Of a DNA stretch of 64,000 nucleotides, positions 17,275-31,300 are shown one piece after another. This DNA is from Octopus vulgaris (taxonomy: Eukaryota). The notes beneath the pieces are model-generated. The model made no database searches and was not told where the DNA came from. It saw only the letters and a list, made by a program, of their open reading frames with translations. The first letter of the stretch is position 1; every line of letters begins with the position of its first letter. Made by a program: the position numbers and the translations under genes. Where the stretch lies: NCBI GenBank assembly GCA_951406725.2, contig OX597827.1, positions 8,122,001 to 8,186,000 on the forward strand, given 5' to 3'.

Positions 17275-17918
17275 CTGCAAAAAAACAAAAATTAAAATTG
17301 AGTGCAAGGTAATGTAATTAACAAAAGTCTTAATTCTGTTGAGAGAATATTTTGATACTTGCAGAAATGGTATTGTCTGCACATGCGCCCAAACACACAA
17401 ATGCACAAAGGCATACACACATGCATTCATGCATGCATACACACGTGCATACATACATATACCCATACTCACATACACCTATGCATACATGCATACATAC
17501 GCACATACACACGCACACATACATACATACATACATACATACATACATACATACATACATACATACATACATACACACATACACATGCATACATACATAC
17601 ATACATACATACATACATACATACATACATACATACAAACAAAAATACCCTGGTATTAATGTTGAAATTCCAATGAAGGAGCCTTGGGTCTAGGTTATAA
17701 ACCATCTCTTTCTCTATTAGCAAGAAATCTTGATACAAAACTGAACAATGTACATACATACAAGCATGCATGCATTGATAGATAGATAATGGTTTGTAGA
17801 ATGAATTTCAACAAAAGAGACGAAGTATATGAAATATCATGTAAGATGAATTCTAGCTTTGCTGAAACCATCTCTGTTTCCAGAAAAGTTAAACAAACAC
17901 ATAATAGTAATAGCCATT

Positions 17919-17957
<39 letters not shown>

Positions 17958-17963
<6 letters not shown>

Positions 17964-18185
17964 TAATCCAAACAAGAAAACACAAAAAAAAACAAAAAAA
18001 AAAAACAAAAAAACGCAACGCGAGGACGTGGAACAAATAAAGTATTATTGGACGCTCAGGAAAGAAGGAAAGAAGGAGGGTTTAACGTTACGAGCGGAGC
18101 TCTTCGTTGGAAACATAGGAGAAGGAAAGGTCCTGAGAAGGGAAGACAGAGGAAAGAAATCGTCAGCGGTACTCACGAGGTCATA
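17958..18185 (-). mobile_element. Penelope-like pLTR fragment with decayed hammerhead (18080-18114)
   Basis: Reverse complement of 41880-42080 and (TA)n-flanked. Motif GUUU-CCAACGA-A-GAGC ucc GCUC-GUAA-CG-UU-AAAC. Confidence 0.55.
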
Positions 18186-18216
18186 TATATATATATATAC
18201 ATACATGTATGGGTAT

Positions 18217-19300
18217 CATCATAATCATCATTATCATTTAACGTCCTTTTTTCATGCTAGCATGGGTTGGACGGTTCGACTGAGGTCTGGGAAGCCAGGA
18301 AGCTGCACCAGACTCCAGTCTTATCTGGCAATGTCTCTACAGCTGGATGCCCTTCCTAATGCTAACCACTCCATGAGTGTAGTGGGTGCTTTTTACGAGT
18401 CACCAGCACAGGGGCCAGAGGAGGCCGGCAACAGCAATAATCAGTTGGTGCTTTTTATGTGCCACCAGTACAGAAGCCAGTCAAGATGGCACTGGCATTG
18501 GCCATGTTTGGATGGTGCTTCTTACGTGCCACTGGCACGGTTATCACAACTACAATTTCCATTTGATTTTCAGTTTGACATTGATGTACTTGACTCAATA
18601 GGTCTCCTCAAGCACAGCTGGTTGCCCTATGATCCATGGTACTTTTGAATGGGCTGGGCCTGGTTATACGAAATTGATGAAGGATACAGCCATGAACTCA
18701 CTTTATTTGCTGGGTCTTCGCAGTCACAGCATATCTCCAGAGGTCTCAGTCTTTCGTCAATGCCTCTGTGAGGCCCAACGTTTGAAGGTCATGCTTGACC
18801 ACCTCATCCCATGTCTTTCTGGATCTGGCACTACTCTGGATTCCTTCAACTGTTTAGGAGTGGCACTTCTTCACACACCTCTCCTCATCCATCCATAGTA
18901 CATAACCATACCAGCACAAACATCTCTCTTGCACACCACATCCAATGCTTCTTATGTCCAACATTTCTCTCAGGGTGCTTACACTCTATCGTGTGTACAC
19001 ACTGACATTACACATCCAGCAGATCATGCTAGCTTCATTTCTTTTGAGCCTACGCATGTCTTCAGCAGTCACAGCCCATGTTTCATTGCCATGAAGCATG
19101 GCAGTTCGCACACATGCATCATGCAATCTACCTTTCACTCTGAGCGAGAGGCCCTTTGTCACCACTAGAGGTAGAAGCTGTCTGAACATTTCCCAGGCAA
19201 TTCTTATTCTAGTGGTAACATTCTCTGAGCATCCACACACACAATTAACTTGGTCACTTAGGTAGCGGAAGCTATCAATTACTTCTGGTTTCTACTCCTG
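18217..19300 (-). mobile_element. RTE-clade LINE, 5'-truncated
   Basis: ORF 18986-19240 RIRIAWEMFRQLLPL...KGRLHDACVRTAMLHGNETW is a typical post-RT RTE region, followed by a 3' UTR and (GAT)n tail. Confidence 0.88.
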
Positions 19301-19439
19301 GAGTATACATACATACATCACCGTGATCACCATGACCGACCAGGTTATCAGATGTTGCTACACATCGCTGGTCACAATGCGCTTCACATTGTTTTAGCCT
19401 TCAACTGGCGCCACCCCGCTGGCTAAGCGAGCAGGCCAC

Positions 19440-19517
<78 letters not shown>

Positions 19518-20533
19518 GTGTGTGTGTGTTAGCAATGTAGGTGTTTCTAACACCCTAATTGCATTTAGTGACAATTATAGTTATACTTTTTGGTGAAATG
19601 TTGCAAACTGCTGTCTACATTAATTATACACACACACACATACATACATGCATAGTTAATCTTTTATCTTTTCCTTATTTCATTTAGTCATTCATCTGTG
19701 GCCTTGCCAGAAAATGCCTTGAAGAATTTTAATTGAGTTCAATCGACTCCAGTACTTATTTTTTGAGCCTGGTACTTATTCTACAGGTCTCTTTTGCTGA
19801 GCTGCCAAATTAGCAGTGTGAGATGTGAGGAGTATTAAACTTTTGGTTACTATTTCTATCAGGTCTAGTGGCCATGTAGGGGTTTTCTTACCACAGAATG
19901 TGAAGTTTTTGACCCCTTTCGGCTACAAGTTCCTCCAATACCTCTATATTTCATTTGTAGAAATAACCATCACAACAATTAAATCACTGAAAGAAGTTTT
20001 GTTTTGTGCTTTAGTATTTTTTTTTTTAATTTCATGGAAGTAATATTATTGCATAGCTAAAATTAATGTAATTAAATAAAATAAGAGGGGAAATATGTAA
20101 AAAAAAAAAAAAAAAAAAAAAAAATGTAATAAATAAATATATAAATAAATAAAAGATGAAAGAAAAATTTGTAACCTAATATGAGTATTTTATTGATTCC
20201 TGAAAATAATTCCTACTAGAAAACCATTTGGATTGAGAAAATAATTAGTAACAATCCTGTAATTGTGTAGATGGTACTTCATAAAAATTTCTGATCAATC
20301 ATAGAAGCCGTCAATACAGCAATATGTTATAGATATTGCGATAGATTTGATCAATACGCAATACTGATCAGAAGTTAATGCTACTGTTATTAGCTATGGT
20401 GCGTAGTTATTACAGCAGAAGCAAATAATATCCAAAGCTTGGATCGCAAACGAAAGCTGTCACTACTGCCATTAACCTGATTTTCCATAATTTTCTCACA
20501 CCACAAACATACATATATGTAATATATACATAT

Positions 20534-20564
<31 letters not shown>

Positions 20565-20565
20565 A

Positions 20566-20597
<32 letters not shown>

Positions 20598-20726
20598 ACG
20601 ATTATGATTATACACACAAACGAGCACTTGCATCATTGTTTGTATGTCTTTGTATGCATGTGCATGCATATAGGCTTGTATATGTGTGTGTATATATATA
20701 TATATACATACACACACGCATATATA

Positions 20727-20777
<51 letters not shown>

Positions 20778-21047
20778 ATACATATATGCATATATGTACG
20801 TATGACAATATATGCACACAAACGAGCACATACATTGTTTGTATGTTCTGGAAGCATGTGCATGCATGTATATATGTGTGTGTGTGTGTATACATACATA
20901 TATATATATATATATATATTTGCACACACACTCACACACAAATATAATACATACATGCACACATATTCTTATGTAGCCAAGTTCCATGAAATTTGACCTA
21001 GTTTTTACATCATCTCCCTCGTTCCTCACAACTTCATTTATACCATT

Positions 21048-21103
<56 letters not shown>

Positions 21104-21130
21104 TGAGAGAGTGTATGGGTGTATATATTC

Positions 21131-21547
21131 TTACTCTTTACTCTTTTACTCTTTTACTTGTTTCAGTCATTTGACTGCGGCCATGCTGGAGCACCGCCTT
21201 TAGTCGAGCAAATCGACCCCGGGACTTATTCTTTGTAAGCCCAGTACTCATTCTATCGGTCTCTTTTGCCGAACCACTAAGTGACGGGGACGTAAACACA
21301 CCAGCATCGGTTGTCAAGCAATGCTAGGGGGACAAACACAGACACACAAACACACACATACATATATGTATATGTACATATATACGACAGGCTTCTTTCA
21401 GTTTCCGGCTACCAAATCCACTCACAAGGCATTGGTCAGTCCGGGGCTATAGCAGAAGACACTTGCCCAAGATGCCACGCAGTGGGACTGAACCCGGAAC
21501 CATGTGGTTGATTATCATGCTACTTACTACACAGCCACTCCTGCACC
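21131..21547 (-). mobile_element. SINE family A, full length
   Basis: tRNA-like head (A box TGGCTGTGTAGT, B box GGTTCAGTCCC), internal (TA/TG)n and (GTAAAAGA)n tail. Confidence 0.9.
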
Positions 21548-22020
21548 TAATTATATTCTTATTTATATAAAATTATCTTTCATTTGATTTTCTGTAATAC
21601 AAGAATTCATATGTCTGAATTTGAAATTACATCCAAAAAGTTAGACACAAAATTTGGCATCAAATATAATCTTTAGCTATAAGTCTTTAAAGAAATCTAT
21701 AGGTTCTTTTCTAAACCTATCTGTATCATGATCATTTGTACAATACAATGCAGTTAGACCAACACCTTGACTAAATTGAATGGAGACATGTTTGATGTTT
21801 GCATGGGCTCATATAACAGAGATGAATTATACAAAATTATCGTAAACTATGTTTTGAACCCTTGTTAAAAGATTTCCATGCCTTTCTAGAAGGTTTATAC
21901 AGAGTCAATGACCTAATAACCACACATAATAACCTCACATTCATAATATAAAGTGATTTCAAAAAAGCTTTACAAAATTACTCAAAATATTATGTTTAAG
22001 GACTATGAATGATACCAGTC

Positions 22021-22578
22021 TTAACCCTTTAGCATTTAAACTTACTATATATCCGGCCAAAATATTCTGTTTGCTTCATGCTTAAACTGGCCAAATCCTG
22101 CCTTTCACATCTACCCCACAATCTCATGCTAAAAATAAACAATCCCATAATCGAAATTTCAAAGCTACAAGATAGTGCATGATTAATTCAAAACAATATG
22201 AATAAATAAGCATTACATTTGACAGAAGTGGAGGCGCAATGACCCAGTGGTTAGGGCAGCGGACTCATGGTCGGAGGATTGTGGTTTCGATTCCCAGACT
22301 GGGCGTTGTGTGTGTTTATTGGACGAAAACACCCAAAGCTCCACGAGGAGGTGGTGGCGACCCCTGTTGTACTCTTTCACCCTAACTTTCTCTCCCACTT
22401 TCTTCCTGCTTCTTCAGTAACATTGCGATAGACTGGCGTCCTGTCCAGCTGGGGGGGGGGGGACACATACACCACAGAAACCAGGAAACCGGGCCCATGA
22501 GCCTGGCTAGGCTTGAAAAGGGCGCATAAATAAATAAGCATTACATTTGACAGAATAATCTGAATGCTAAAGGGTTAA
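22021..22578. mobile_element. piggyBac-like MITE containing a SINE insertion
   Basis: TTAA-CCCTTTAGCATT...AATGCTAAAGGG-TTAA termini; an uninterrupted relative lies at 25039-25266. Confidence 0.8.
22229..22528 (+). mobile_element. SINE family C (V-domain-like body) with 27-bp target-site duplication
   Basis: tRNA head as at 6904; body contains GCGATAGACTGGCGTCCTGTCCAG. AATAAATAAGCATTACATTTGACAGAA is duplicated at 22201-22227 and 22529-22555. Confidence 0.85.
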
Positions 22579-23013
22579 TGTAGGTAACTATTCAGATGTT
22601 ACATTAAATATGTATATATGCTACCTATATAGAAATCCAAACTGTATAGATAAAAATTTAAACCACCCTTCTATAATCCTAAGAAATCATCATACTCATC
22701 ATTGTTATACATTTTGTTCCATTGAAGAATGGGTTGGACAAATTTTCTGAGACTGTTTTATGGTTAGTTGCCTCTCACCTGCCTTTTTAAATAATCTGCT
22801 ATGGCACACAGAAAACATATTTTAAGCGGTTGATCTAATAAATCAAAGGTTTCATAAGCAAATTAAATGGAAGGCACTCCTCTCTGGTAATTTCCACTCA
22901 GAAGCACTTCTAATGAACTGAAAATGCCCACTCACAGAAGCAGTTTGTTCTAGAATTGTTCAACATCAACAAAAGGATACACTGCTAGTTTGCAACAGAC
23001 AAAGTGAAATATT

Positions 23014-23531
23014 TTAACAGTGACTCCTGTGCAGGTGGCAAGTGAAGAAACACCATTTCGACCCTGTGCTTGAGGAGATCCATTGAGTCAAGTAAACCAA
23101 CATCAAAATCAATGGAAACTGCAGTTGTGATCCGTGTGCCAGTGGCATGTAAAAAGCACCATCTGAACGTGGCCGATGCCAGCGCCGCCTAGACTGGCTT
23201 CCGTGCCGGTGGCTCGTAAAAAGCACTATCCAAATCGTGGCCGATGCCAGTGCCGCCTTGACTGGCTTCCGTGCCGGTGGCATGTAAAATGCACCAATCT
23301 GATCGTGGCCGATGCCAGCCTTGTCTGGCACCTGTGCAGGTGGCACGTAAAAAGCACCCACTACACTCACGGAGTGGTTGGCGTTAGGAAGGGCATCCAG
23401 CTGTAGAAACACTGCCAGATCAGACTGGAGCCCGGTGCAGCCTTCTGGCTTCCCAGATCCCTGGTCGAACCGTCCAACCCATGCTAGCATGGAGAATGGA
23501 CGTTAAACGATGATGCTGATGATGATGATGA
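23014..23531 (+). mobile_element. RTE LINE 3' UTR with internal tandem units of about 65 bp
   Basis: Repeated GGCA(T/C)GTAAAA(A)GCACC...CGTGGCCGATGCCAG units and a (GAT)n tail. Confidence 0.82.
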
Positions 23532-24030
23532 TCCCCGAATGTTTTTACCCCTTCTGACAAAACCCAAAGTTGCAACTGATGCTCACAGACATTCAAGAGA
23601 TTTCACTCCGGTTCCACAACCAATATAAAAAAACAAACAAACATGTTCTACTCAGTAAAAACTATGAATACAAGAGCTTGAGTTAAATATAGTAGACAAA
23701 ATCGAACACTAGCCCTTCATAATTTTCATAACCTCAACCTAATATTTTAAAGACCACAAACAAATCTTCTTTGGTATCCTTACATGAAAACCACAAAACC
23801 ACATTAAAATACAATCAGGCACAGTAAGCAAACATATTTTAGTCAAGATCATCCTAAAACAAGTATTTAAGTCTTTAATCTCTCCTTATGGGACAACAAA
23901 ACATTTATCTAAATGGTTTAATAATAAACATACAGAGAATACAATTTGATTTTTTACCCATCAATATCCAAATGTTTACTTCTTAATGTATTAAACATTA
24001 CAAATAGAACTGGCCAAGTAAGTGACTCAC

Positions 24031-24200
24031 GGAGATCTTGTTCTTCAACACTTGAGAAAAAACAAAATGGCAACTGAAATTCCTGCTTACTGATGGGAAG
24101 TAAAGATTTTAACTGTGATATTAAAAGAATCACAGGCCTCTGCATTCTTTGCTCATAGTATGTCATGTCTGGCAATTTACAATGAGGTGTTTCTAATAAT
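24031..24200 (-). CDS. Internal coding exon, phase-compatible with the terminal exon at 16994-17274
   Basis: tttctcacacccacAG|...GATCTCC|GTgagt, 170 bp, phase 2 to 1. Reads LLETPHCKLPDMTYYEQRMQRPVILLISQLKSLLPISKQEFQLPFCFFSSVEEQDL; the junction forms CGT (Arg). Confidence 0.68.
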
Positions 24201-24410
24201 CTGTGGGTGTGAGAAATAGGTGAAGGTAAGTGGCTTAGTGGTTAGGGTGTTGGACTCATGATCATAAGGTTGTGATTTTGATTCCTGGATCAGACAATGC
24301 ATTGCGTTCTTGAGCAAGACACTTCATTTCACATTGCTCCAGTCCATTCAGCTGGCAAAAACAAGTAATCATGCAACAGGCCAGCATCCCATCCAGTTAG
24401 GGAATATATA

Positions 24411-24639
24411 TTTCTTTATTGCCCACAAGGGGCTAAACATAAAAGGGACAAACAAGGACAGACAAAGGGATTAAGTCAATTACATCGACCACAGTGCGTA
24501 ACTGGTACTTAATTTATCGACCCCGAAAGGATGAAAGGCAAAGTCAACCTCAGTGGAATTTGAACTCGGAACGTAACGACAGACGAAATACTGCTACGAA
24601 TTTCGCCCGGCGTGCTAACGTTTCTACCAGCTTGCCGCC
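24411..24639 (-). mobile_element. SINE family B (Nin-like)
   Basis: Reverse complement of the 7740-7969 family. Confidence 0.85.
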
Positions 24640-25038
24640 CTATAGGGAATATATGTGTCATGAAACTGGGAAACTGACCCTTATGAGTTGACATCACCCG
24701 AGAAGGTAACTTTTCTTTACTATGAGTGATAGATAATTCCTGCAAATATCTCATTCAAGCTTCCAAAAACTTGGGTAAAAGAATCACAGTGGGCATCAAC
24801 TTAAACATATACAAGCTCCCCTGGCATCACACAAGATTTAGACAATGCTAGTTACTGCCTGTTAGAAATCCAAATGAAAAATATCTAATGTATAACTACA
24901 CAGACTCAAAATACCTCTTTACATTATCAATAACTTAGTGAAATATATAAGAATGCTCCTGTCTATCATCCCTGCTATATGAAGAGACAATTTACAAAAT
25001 ATCGCAATAGTTTAAGGTTGCCCTTTCATTCATCTGTC

Positions 25039-25266
25039 TTAACCCTTTAGCATTTAAACCGTCCATATCCGGCCAAAAGTATTCCACCTGTTTTATGTTC
25101 AAACTGGCCAGATCTGGTCTCTCACACCAACCCTACAATATCGTTTTAAAAATTAACAGCTTCCTCATCAAAATCTCATAGCTACAAGATAATGCATGAT
25201 TAGTTCAAAACAATGTGGATAAAAAAGCATTAATTTTGGCATAATAATGCAAACACTAAAGGGTTA
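25039..25266. mobile_element. piggyBac-like MITE
   Basis: TTAA-CCCTTTAG...CTAAAGGG-TTAA termini, non-coding, homologous to 22021-22578. Confidence 0.8.
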
Positions 25267-25674
25267 AACCCAATCTTCTTCAGTATCAAATGTATGCTCC
25301 AAAATTATTCAGGACTTACCAGGACACACACACATGTACACACACATGCACACACACCACACAGACACAGACACACACATGATTACACAGCCACAAATAC
25401 CATAAAATATTCAAATGGAACAACATATAACTAAGGTATATCTATACACCAAATTTAAGGTTACAATTAGCCAGCAATTAGTTTGTCTCACTTCAAGAAA
25501 ATCTTTATGTGTTCCCATGTCAACTAACATACGGTGAACGCCAGGACTACACTCCAAAATGTCTCCCAAACCCCAGTAGGGTCATCAAATTCTCTAATTT
25601 GTTCACACACTCCTTTCAATCCAACCTCTATTTTAACATTTCTTCAAGCCACAAAACTATGAAAAATATTAACC

Positions 25675-25975
25675 ACATCCGTTCGTGGCCGTTGCCAGCC
25701 TCGCCTGGCCCCCGTGCTGGTGGCACGTAAAAAGCACCATCCGTTCATGGCCGTTTGCCAGCCTCGTCTGGCACCTGTGCCGGTGGAGCGTAAAAAGCAC
25801 CCACTACACTTACGGAGTGGTTGGCGTTAGGAAGGGCATCCATCCGTAGAAACATTGCCAGATCAGACTGGAGCCTGGTGCAGCCTTCTGGCTTCCCAGA
25901 CCCCAGTTGAACCATCCAACCCATGCCAGCATGGAAAGCGGATGCTAAACGATGATGATGATGAGGATGATGATT
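25675..25975 (+). mobile_element. RTE LINE 3' UTR fragment
   Basis: Same motif set and (GAT)n tail as 23014-23531. Confidence 0.8.
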
Positions 25976-26407
25976 GTATGTGCCCACAAATATATATTTA
26001 AAATATACGACACTCCATTATTAACATTTGGCTTGTCGGTATCTCCATCCCTATTAAAGATAGAGTCAGCATCTCCATCTCTTTATCATTTTCACTAATG
26101 TATCATCTTCCATCACATCCACAGCTACTTTTTATGAGCTTCACTTCCCACATTCATTCTTATGTTATTGTTATTTTCCATCTTAACATGTTAATCTTCT
26201 TTATGATTCCTTATTTACTTTTTGAGAATGAAGACTTTTTTTTAGAAAATATTTCCAAAAAATATCATTATTTGAAAGATATTTTTATTAAGACCTACCT
26301 TTAAATTTCAATTTATTTAATCATAATTTTTTGTGAATCATTCAAATATTTTTCTCGGATTTTCAAAACTGTTTTTAATCTAACAACTTTTGGCATTATT
26401 ATTATTA

Positions 26408-26457
<50 letters not shown>

Positions 26458-26497
26458 GTTTTATTATTATTATCATCATTATTATTATTATTATTAT

Positions 26498-26935
26498 TCT
26501 ATGTTTGACTTTTGCTTTATATTTGTACAAGTTGGCTCCAAGTCTCACCCAGAGACCTCAAGAGACAACAGGGTTGTAAGTTCATGTTGTTGTTATGCCT
26601 AGTGTGCCATATATTTGGGGGGTGGGGATGTTGTACTAATGAATGTCTAAAAAGAAAAAAAAAAAGGTTTTTTTTTTTTTTTTTTTTTTTAAACCGAAAA
26701 TTATGTTTGTTTTAAACCTTGAGATTACATAGAGAGTATTTTGCGTAGGATATGAGCAGTTCCCATGAGCACTATCTTTTGAACTTCTGCCATTTTTGGG
26801 TTTCCTGGTATCTGAGTTAGGTAGCTATCAGCCCCTTTTGCTATCATTCCCAGGGCACCTATGACAACAGGTATTGTTTTAGTCTTCAGCTTCCACATTT
26901 TGCTGATTTCTATTTCAAGATCTTTATATTTGCTC
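26498..26935 (-). mobile_element. R4/Dong-like non-LTR retrotransposon 3' fragment within (TAA)n
   Basis: Minus frame KYKDLEIEISKMWKLKTKTIPVVIGALGMI...VQKIVLMGTAHILRKILSM* is a restriction-like endonuclease C-terminus. Both flanks are (TAA)n. Confidence 0.82.
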
Positions 26936-27847
<912 letters not shown>

Positions 27848-28229
27848 GGCAGCAAACACGTAGAATTGTTGGCATGCTAAGCAAAATGTTTAGTGAGATT
27901 TTGTCTGTCTGTCTTGGTGTTCTGAACCCAGATTCCACTAAGGTTGACTTTGCCTTTTCTTTCTTTCGGGCCCATAAATTAAGTACCAGTTGGACACTGG
28001 GGTCAATATAATCAATTTAACCCCTCCCCTGGAATTGCTAGCCTTGTGCCAAAATTTGAAGCCAATATCATTATTAGCATCGTTTTGGTTTGGTTCAGGT
28101 TTGAGCCAAATTCCTGGCAGGATTTATGTGCATAGCAGATTACTACCTGTAAACTTAGGCATACACAAGTTTTCAGCAATCTTTCAAGTGCTTAGAACCC
28201 TTCACATTTCTAATTTATAATAATAATAA

Positions 28230-28568
28230 TAACTTTCAAAATACAAAGACCTGGAAATAGAGGCAACCAGAATGTGGAATCTAAAAACAGAAACAATTCC
28301 TATCATAGTAGGTGCATTAGACACGATAAAAAAATATTCAGACAAATACATAACAAAAACACCAGGACTTACAAACACATATAACATACAGAAAATTGCA
28401 CTACTAGGCACTGCACACATCCTATGCAGAACACTTTCCATACAATAACCATCAGAGTATCACAACAAATCACAGCACATACCCAAAGCACACAGAGCTG
28501 CGTTCGATAGTGAAGTGAAAGCACACTATAAAAATAAAACTACTGAATAATGATAATAATAATAATAA
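28230..28568 (+). mobile_element. R4/Dong-like 3' fragment (second family) within (TAA)n
   Basis: KYKDLEIEATRMWNLKTETIPIIVGALDTIKK...NIQKIALLGTAHILCRTLSIQ*, flanked by (TAA)n. Confidence 0.82.
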
Positions 28569-28937
28569 TCCTTTCTACTCTAGGCACAAGGCCCGAAATT
28601 TTGGGGAAGGGTCCAGTTAATTAGATCGACCCCCGTATACAACAGGTACTTAATTTGATCACTCCAAAAGGATGAAAGGCAAAGTTGACCTCGGTGGAAT
28701 TTGAGCTCAGAACATAAAGACAGACAAAATACCACTAAGCATTTCGCCCGGCGTGCTAATGATTCTGCCAGCTCACCACGTTGATAATTATAATGATAAT
28801 CATAAGCAAAGATATTGACAAATGGCTGAAGGAGACTGAAATAGAATGCCCAGAAGAGCTCATACTGAAATTAGAAATTAATAATATATTATATTAAAAA
28901 TTTTCATCATTGTAATGTCCCCTTATCCATTATTGCT

Positions 28938-29304
28938 TTTACTCTTTTACTTGTTTCAGTCATTTGACTGTGGCCATGCAGGAGCACCACCTTTAGTTGA
29001 GCAAATCAACCCCAGGACTTATTTTTTGTAAGCCCAGTATTTATTCTATCGGTCTCTTTTGCCGAACTGCTAAGTTACAGGAATGTAAACACACCAGCAT
29101 TGGTTATCAAGCGATGTTGGGGGAACAAACACAGACACACAAACATACACACACACACACACACATATATATTTACATATACACGACAGGCTTTGGTCGG
29201 CCCGAGGCTATAGTAGAAGACACTTGCCCAAGGTGCCACACTGTGGGACTGAACCCAGAGCCATGTGGCTGGTAAGCAAGCTATTTACCACACAGCCACT
29301 CCTA
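28938..29304 (-). mobile_element. SINE family A
   Basis: Reverse complement of the family A sequence with an internal deletion. Confidence 0.85.
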
Positions 29305-30143
29305 TCCCTGATGAGCTGGCAGAATCATTAGCACATCAGATAAAATGCTTAACAGCATTTCATTCATCTTTACATTTTGAGATCAAATTCCACCAATGTC
29401 GACTTTGCTTTCATCATTTCTGGGTTGATATTATAAGTACCGGCCAAATACTGGGGCCATGCAATCTACTATTCCGCCCCCTACAAAATTTAAGGTTTGT
29501 GCCTATAGTACAAAGGACTACTACTACTACTACTACTACTTTGACTATATTTATATTTTTACATTTATCTTTCTTCATTTCCTTGCATTTTTATTCCTCA
29601 TTCATATTTTTAAATTAGTTTTCATCCTTCTAATCCATATTATATATTCCTGCACAGAATTTAAATTTATTGCTTTTTCCATTTTTATATTTATTTTTAT
29701 TTACCATTTTTATTTGTGTACAGTATTTACTCATGTATAACATGCAAGACCCAGTTTTAGGCAATGATATCTTTGAAAAACATCTCACATGTATAACAAA
29801 CATTGACTTATCTCCAGTATTATGGTGAGTGGAAAAGGGAGATTTTAGTTAGTTTTATTACAACTGCTGTACAGAATATATGAAAATGTTCATATATCCT
29901 AAAAAAAATGCGAATTGAATTGTGACTTTTGAACTTTGCTAGTGTAGGCTGTAAATGTTCATCTATTGTAAAGACACAATTGTAAAATTACAAAATCAGT
30001 CCTATTGATATAGCTATTCAATTTTGTTAATAGAATATTGTGTCATTTTTAATTGACTTGGAATTAAACAACAGCAAATACAACAAAGATGAAACCAGTG
30101 AGTTCAAAATTATAAGTATCTACACGAAAAATTATAAACAATC

Positions 30144-30308
30144 GGCGCAGGAGTAGCTGTGTGGTAAGTAGCTTGCTAACCAGCCACATGGTTCCGGGTT
30201 CAGTCCCACTGCGTGGCATCTTCGGCAAGTGTCTTCTGCTATAGCCCCGGGCCGACCAATGCCTTGTGAGTGGATTTGGTAGATGGAAACTGAAAGAAGC
30301 CTGTCATA

Positions 30309-30348
<40 letters not shown>

Positions 30349-30573
30349 TGTGTGTGTTTGTGTCTGTGTTTGTCCCCCTAGCATTGCTTGACAATCGATG
30401 CTGGTGTGTTTACGTCCCCGTTACTTAACGGTTCGGCAAAAGAGACCAATGGAATAAGTACTGGGCTTACAAAAGAATAAATCCCGGGGTCGAGTTGCTT
30501 GACTAAAGGCGGTGCTCCAGCATGGCCACAGTCAAATGACTGAAACGAGTAAAAGAGTAAAAGAGTAAAAGAG
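30144..30573 (+). mobile_element. SINE family A, full length
   Basis: GGCGCAGGAGTAGCTGTGTGGTAAG head through the (GAGTAAAA)n tail. Confidence 0.9.
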
Positions 30574-30639
30574 GAATCAACCTGAACAAGAAACTCTACT
30601 TTTAAATATTGAAACCTGTTACATACGAAACTGAATAAA

Positions 30640-31300
30640 TAGCAACAGTAAGTAATGTTTACATTCTGAAAGTTTTTTAAAATAGCATCATGCAAATAAA
30701 AGACCCCTTTTAATAATGTAACTCTGGGATGTTCTTTGATGCTAGTGCATATCGTTTGCGCAAACAAAGTTCTTGAAAGCTTGATAAATATCATGTTTTT
30801 TTTTTTCCTTTTTTGAGGAATGTGACTTGAAATTTTCTTCGTGTGAGAAAATTCAATGCATAGAATTACACAGTGGGGAACAGCCACAATATGAATTGAC
30901 TCATCAAACTACAAATTAACAAAAAAAAAATTTGTGATCAAATTTTACGTGGTTCTTTACATTTTTGAATGTAGTTTGTATTTTGTAAGAAACTGTATTC
31001 CTTACAAGTGACATAGATTTCATTACAGAAATAATATTTACTTTTTGGTCTTTTTCTTTTTGTGAGAATAGTCTTTTACCAAGCAGCCAACTCATTTTTC
31101 AGTTGCTTTACTTTGGCCATTCTCAAACCACTTAGGATATGATATTTACCAATGTAATCTTTGTGATAGTTTGAAAATGGCATTCTGCTTTATATATTGC
31201 AATTCTTAGCATGTTCAAGAGCACTGTGGTATATCATGCAAACACACTTTTCTTTAAAACTTGTGGAAAATGTAATCATCTGCTCATTCCTCCAGATAAA
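30640..31300 (-). pseudogene. hAT (Charlie/SPIN/GTF2IRD2-like) transposase relic
   Basis: Broken translation YLEE*ADDYIF / KEKCVCMIY...KNCNI / RMAKVKQLKNEL / KSMSLVRNTVSYKI / NL*FDESIH follows the order BED-like finger, SLSRNTV, LDESTD seen in this family. Confidence 0.6.

Noticed and set aside
17663-17712. Very decayed hammerhead-like motif (CCAAUGA...UAAA)
   Set aside because: Too many core and stem mismatches to call from this copy alone.
30378-30887. 169-aa minus-strand ORF as a host gene
   Set aside because: A chimera of hAT relic sequence and an antisense SINE tail.
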